From: Chitinophagaceae bacterium
GTDB taxonomy: Bacteria > Bacteroidota > Bacteroidia > Chitinophagales > Chitinophagaceae
NCBI GenBank assembly: GCA_025363355.1
Contig: JANYEB010000037.1
Location: 111,056 to 175,055 of the forward strand
Reading direction: 5' to 3'
DNA length: 64,000 nucleotides
The notes under the pieces were generated by a model. That model had not been told where the DNA came from. It made no database searches and saw only the letters and a program-made list of their open reading frames with translations. The position numbers and the translations under genes are program-made. Positions 61,434-64,000 of this stretch are shown in pieces. The stretch's first letter is position 1; every line of letters starts with the position of its first letter.

Positions 61434-61632
61434 GCTTATATAGTTTTCTACACTAACCATTTAACAGAATGAAATTTTACACGATAAGAAACCTGCAATC
61501 ATTGTTGGTGAGGACACCAACAATGGCGAAAAAAACATTAATGTTTCATCATTATCAAACGGGTTGTATTTTATTAAAATGCAAAAAGCAGATGGAAGTT
61601 TTAAGATTAGCAAACTTTTAATTCAGCATTAA
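61434..61632 (+). pseudogene. Decayed remnant of a T9SS C-terminal sorting domain
   Basis: One frame reads ...QNEILHDKKPAIIVGEDTNNGEKNINVSSLSNGLYFIKMQKADGSFKISKLLIQH*, a typical CTD ending. An upstream frameshifted piece, YIVFYTNHLTE, looks like a degraded ..YPNP.. start. There is no upstream gene body. It ends 1 nt before the next ATG. Confidence 0.4.
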
Positions 61633-61633
61633 T

Positions 61634-63103
61634 ATGTTTAATTTAATTAAAAAGCAAGGTAAATTAATTGCCTTGCTTTTATCCTTTATACTTACAGAGA
61701 ATGATACCATAGCACAAGTAAACCTTGTATCCAACCCTTCTTTTGAACAATATACCAATTGCCCACAAGGATACTTACACGAACATCCGGACTTTTGGTA
61801 TCAGCCTGATAAAGGGGGGGGAGGGTATTTTAATGCTTGTAGACCAAATATAGGTAGCGTGCCATACACAGGTCTTGGTTTTCAATATGCCCACTCTGGA
61901 TTTGCAATGGTTAGTATGGCATATTATAACAATAATGCCAATAACTATTTTCAGATAAAGCTGTCAGATAGTTTAAGAGTAAATAAAAATTATTATATAG
62001 AATTTTATGCAGTAAATACTAAGGCATATAAACTTGGTTGCAATAACATATCTCTATTGCTTAGTAAGCAGGCAGTTTATGCAGATACCATCAATAATAT
62101 TAAAATAATACCTGCCAATCCGCAAATTTATAATTATGGAAACCCTATTATTACAGACACTACTAATTGGGTAAAAGTAAGTGGCATTTATAAGGCACAG
62201 GGTGGGGAGCAATATATTACTTTAGGTAATTTTAAACCAACAAGTCAAACCAATTATATCATTAGTAAACCCGGTGGTAGCTTGTTCACTGCGGGTTATT
62301 TTATAGACGATGTTTCAGTAATACCCCTTGATAGTATGTGTTTAAGGGCAGATGCAGGTAAAGACACAGCCATAACATTGGGTGATAGTGTCTTTATTGG
62401 TAGTTTAACCAATGGTATAGATAGTATTAAATGGTTAAACGGTAACACTGTTATTGATAGTTTGAGACCTGGTTTTTGGGTGCACCCTAATGTTACCACA
62501 AGCTATATTTTGCAGCAAGTGGTTAATGGTTGTTTTAGTGCAGATACTGTGGTGGTAACTGTGGGTACGGTGCCATTGAAAATTATGAATTATGAATTAA
62601 GAATGATGAATGAGAAGCAGATTGAGAGTAGATGGGTTACTGCTAATGAAGTTAATGTGAGCCATTTTAATATTCAGCGTTCAGTAAATGGCAAAGACTT
62701 TATAACTATTGGTAAAATATCAGCCAATAATAAAAGTTTGAATGAGTACCAATTTACCGATGACCGTTTACCGTTTACCGTTGATGGCAGTTTGTACTAT
62801 AGAATTGAGAGTGTGGATTTCGATGGCAGAAAACAATATAGTGTGATAAGGAATGTGGAATTAAGAATTAGGAATAATGGAATTAGCATTTATCCAAATC
62901 CTGCAAAAGAACAGGTTACTATTACTTGTAAGGATGCTAAAGAGTTGATAATAGTTGATTACTCAGGGAAAACAATTTATCAGTCAACAGTCGACCGTCG
63001 ACCGTTGACTGTTAATCTCAAACAATTATCTAAAGGTGTTTATGTTGTTAAAGCAATTTTAAATACTGAAGAAATTAAAACAGAAAAACTAGTTGTTGAG
63101 TAA
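61634..63103 (+). CDS. T9SS-secreted protein (489 aa) with a C-terminal sorting domain
   Basis: Signal peptide and the C-terminal ISIYPNPAKEQVTITC...LSKGVYVVKAILNTEEIKTEKLVVE. The preceding W.TANEVNVSHFNIQRS..G..F module is common in Bacteroidota CTD proteins. Confidence 0.75.
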   Translation: MFNLIKKQGKLIALLLSFILTENDTIAQVNLVSNPSFEQYTNCPQGYLHEHPDFWYQPDKGGGGYFNACRPNIGSVPYTGLGFQYAHSGFAMVSMAYYNNNANNYFQIKLSDSLRVNKNYYIEFYAVNTKAYKLGCNNISLLLSKQAVYADTINNIKIIPANPQIYNYGNPIITDTTNWVKVSGIYKAQGGEQYITLGNFKPTSQTNYIISKPGGSLFTAGYFIDDVSVIPLDSMCLRADAGKDTAITLGDSVFIGSLTNGIDSIKWLNGNTVIDSLRPGFWVHPNVTTSYILQQVVNGCFSADTVVVTVGTVPLKIMNYELRMMNEKQIESRWVTANEVNVSHFNIQRSVNGKDFITIGKISANNKSLNEYQFTDDRLPFTVDGSLYYRIESVDFDGRKQYSVIRNVELRIRNNGISIYPNPAKEQVTITCKDAKELIIVDYSGKTIYQSTVDRRPLTVNLKQLSKGVYVVKAILNTEEIKTEKLVVE

Positions 63104-63112
63104 GTGACTGCA

Positions 63113-63147
63113 AAGAGTTGCCAACCTTTTAAAAGTTGGCAACTCTT
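63113..63147. terminator. Bidirectional hairpin between convergent genes
   Basis: Stem AAGAGTTGCCAAC/GTTGGCAACTCTT with an A/T-rich loop. Confidence 0.6.
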
Positions 63148-63165
63148 ATAAAACGGTTAATTCAA

Positions 63166-63915
63166 TTACAACTCCATAAACTTCTTCTCTACAAAATTCC
63201 AATCAACCACATTCCAGAAATTGGTAATATAATCTGCACGTTTGTTTTGATAGCGTAGGTAATAGGCGTGTTCCCAAACATCTAAACACAATAACGGCTT
63301 GCCTTTTAACTCAACAATATTCATTAATGGATTGTCTTGATTGGCAGTTGAACCAATGGCTAGTTTGCCATCTTTTGTTTTAATTAGCCAAGCCCAACCA
63401 CTTCCAAAACGTGTTTTTGCTGCATCGGCAAACTGGGTTTTAAATGCATCTAAAGAACCAAAATCTCCTATGATATTATCTGCTAAAGAACCTGTGGGTT
63501 TATTATCTGCTGCTGTGTTTGGCGACATACATTGCCAAAACATTTCGTGGTTATAATGTCCACCAGCATTGTTTCTCATTTTTGGTGTGTACTTAGAAAT
63601 TTTGTGTAGTATATCTTCTAAAGATTTGTTTTTGCTGCCAACTTCTGCAATGTATGCTTCGTTTAAATTTTTGCAATAGGTGGCTGCGTGTTTGGTATAA
63701 TGTATTTCCATTGTTTGGGCATCAATGGCTTTTTGCAAAGCATCGAATTTGTAAAGCAATGGTTGTTGCATAAACCTGCCATTAGCCAAGGGTGCTATTT
63801 TTTTATTGATGCTATTTGCAAGAGATGGAATGATGGTTGTGCTTAACCCAACAGCTAAAGCTGCTTTGCCAGAATTGAAGAGAAAATCTCTGCGACTAGA
63901 TGTTGACTTTTTCAT
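63166..63915 (-). CDS. Fe/Mn superoxide dismutase with a twin-arginine (Tat) signal peptide
   Basis: N-terminal SSRRDFLFNSGKAALAVGL. SOD core: HYTKHAATY, GGHYNHEMFW and DVWEHAYYL. Confidence 0.9.
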   Translation of the reverse strand: MKKSTSSRRDFLFNSGKAALAVGLSTTIIPSLANSINKKIAPLANGRFMQQPLLYKFDALQKAIDAQTMEIHYTKHAATYCKNLNEAYIAEVGSKNKSLEDILHKISKYTPKMRNNAGGHYNHEMFWQCMSPNTAADNKPTGSLADNIIGDFGSLDAFKTQFADAAKTRFGSGWAWLIKTKDGKLAIGSTANQDNPLMNIVELKGKPLLCLDVWEHAYYLRYQNKRADYITNFWNVVDWNFVEKKFMEL

Positions 63916-64000
63916 TGGTAGTTTTTACTTTTTTAAAGGTAGCGGTAAATGCTTTAATACGCCTAAATAATCTAAAATAAAACTCGCTATTAAACAACTG

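Noticed and set aside
1-64000. Prophage, ICE or defence-island content
   Set aside because: No integrase, transposase, recombinase, restriction-modification, cas or phage structural genes were recognisable. The flanking genes are core housekeeping throughout.

Overview
The window looks like a low-GC Bacteroidota chromosome segment. The evidence is two T9SS C-terminal sorting domains, TAnnTTTG -7 promoter boxes, A-rich leaders without Shine-Dalgarno sequences, and gene content resembling Chitinophagia/Sphingobacteriia. Most of it is core housekeeping: adk, msrB, rel/spoT, a split transketolase subunit, a uvrD/pcrA-type helicase, the rplM-rpsI-rpsB-tsf cluster, rpiB, anmK, rpoN and rpoB. Envelope-biogenesis genes are also present: Skp, two FKBP PPIases, a SurA-like PPIase, two TlpA-like thioredoxins, an Omp85-family protein, LptC and an MsbA-like exporter. 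I saw no rRNA, tRNA, CRISPR array, transposase or integrase.

Five things are not ordinary.
1. A 10.4-kb gene (45661-56028) encodes a 3455-aa T9SS cargo protein. It combines a Kelch propeller, exactly phased 147-nt Cys repeats, a glycine-rich domain, a ConA/LamG-like domain, an SdrD-B-like domain and five ~730-nt tandem modules.
2. rpoB is complete but orphaned. It has its own flanking terminators, no rplJL upstream and no rpoC downstream. Repeats and a decayed T9SS-CTD remnant lie on its downstream side.
3. A family of non-coding repeats is built from degenerate ~21-nt units. There are two ~265-bp copies bounded by inverted repeats (5741-6006 and 24529-24793) and a 14-unit, 21-bp tandem array (60181-60472). 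REP-like hairpin units lie nearby.
4. Tracts of about 35 nt with heptanucleotide periodicity sit in frame inside coding genes as well as in spacers.
5. A translationally coupled minus-strand cassette at the left edge reads SET domain, ATP-grasp, RelE/ParE-type TA pair, ATP-grasp.

All functional calls come from reading motifs by eye. No database search was run.
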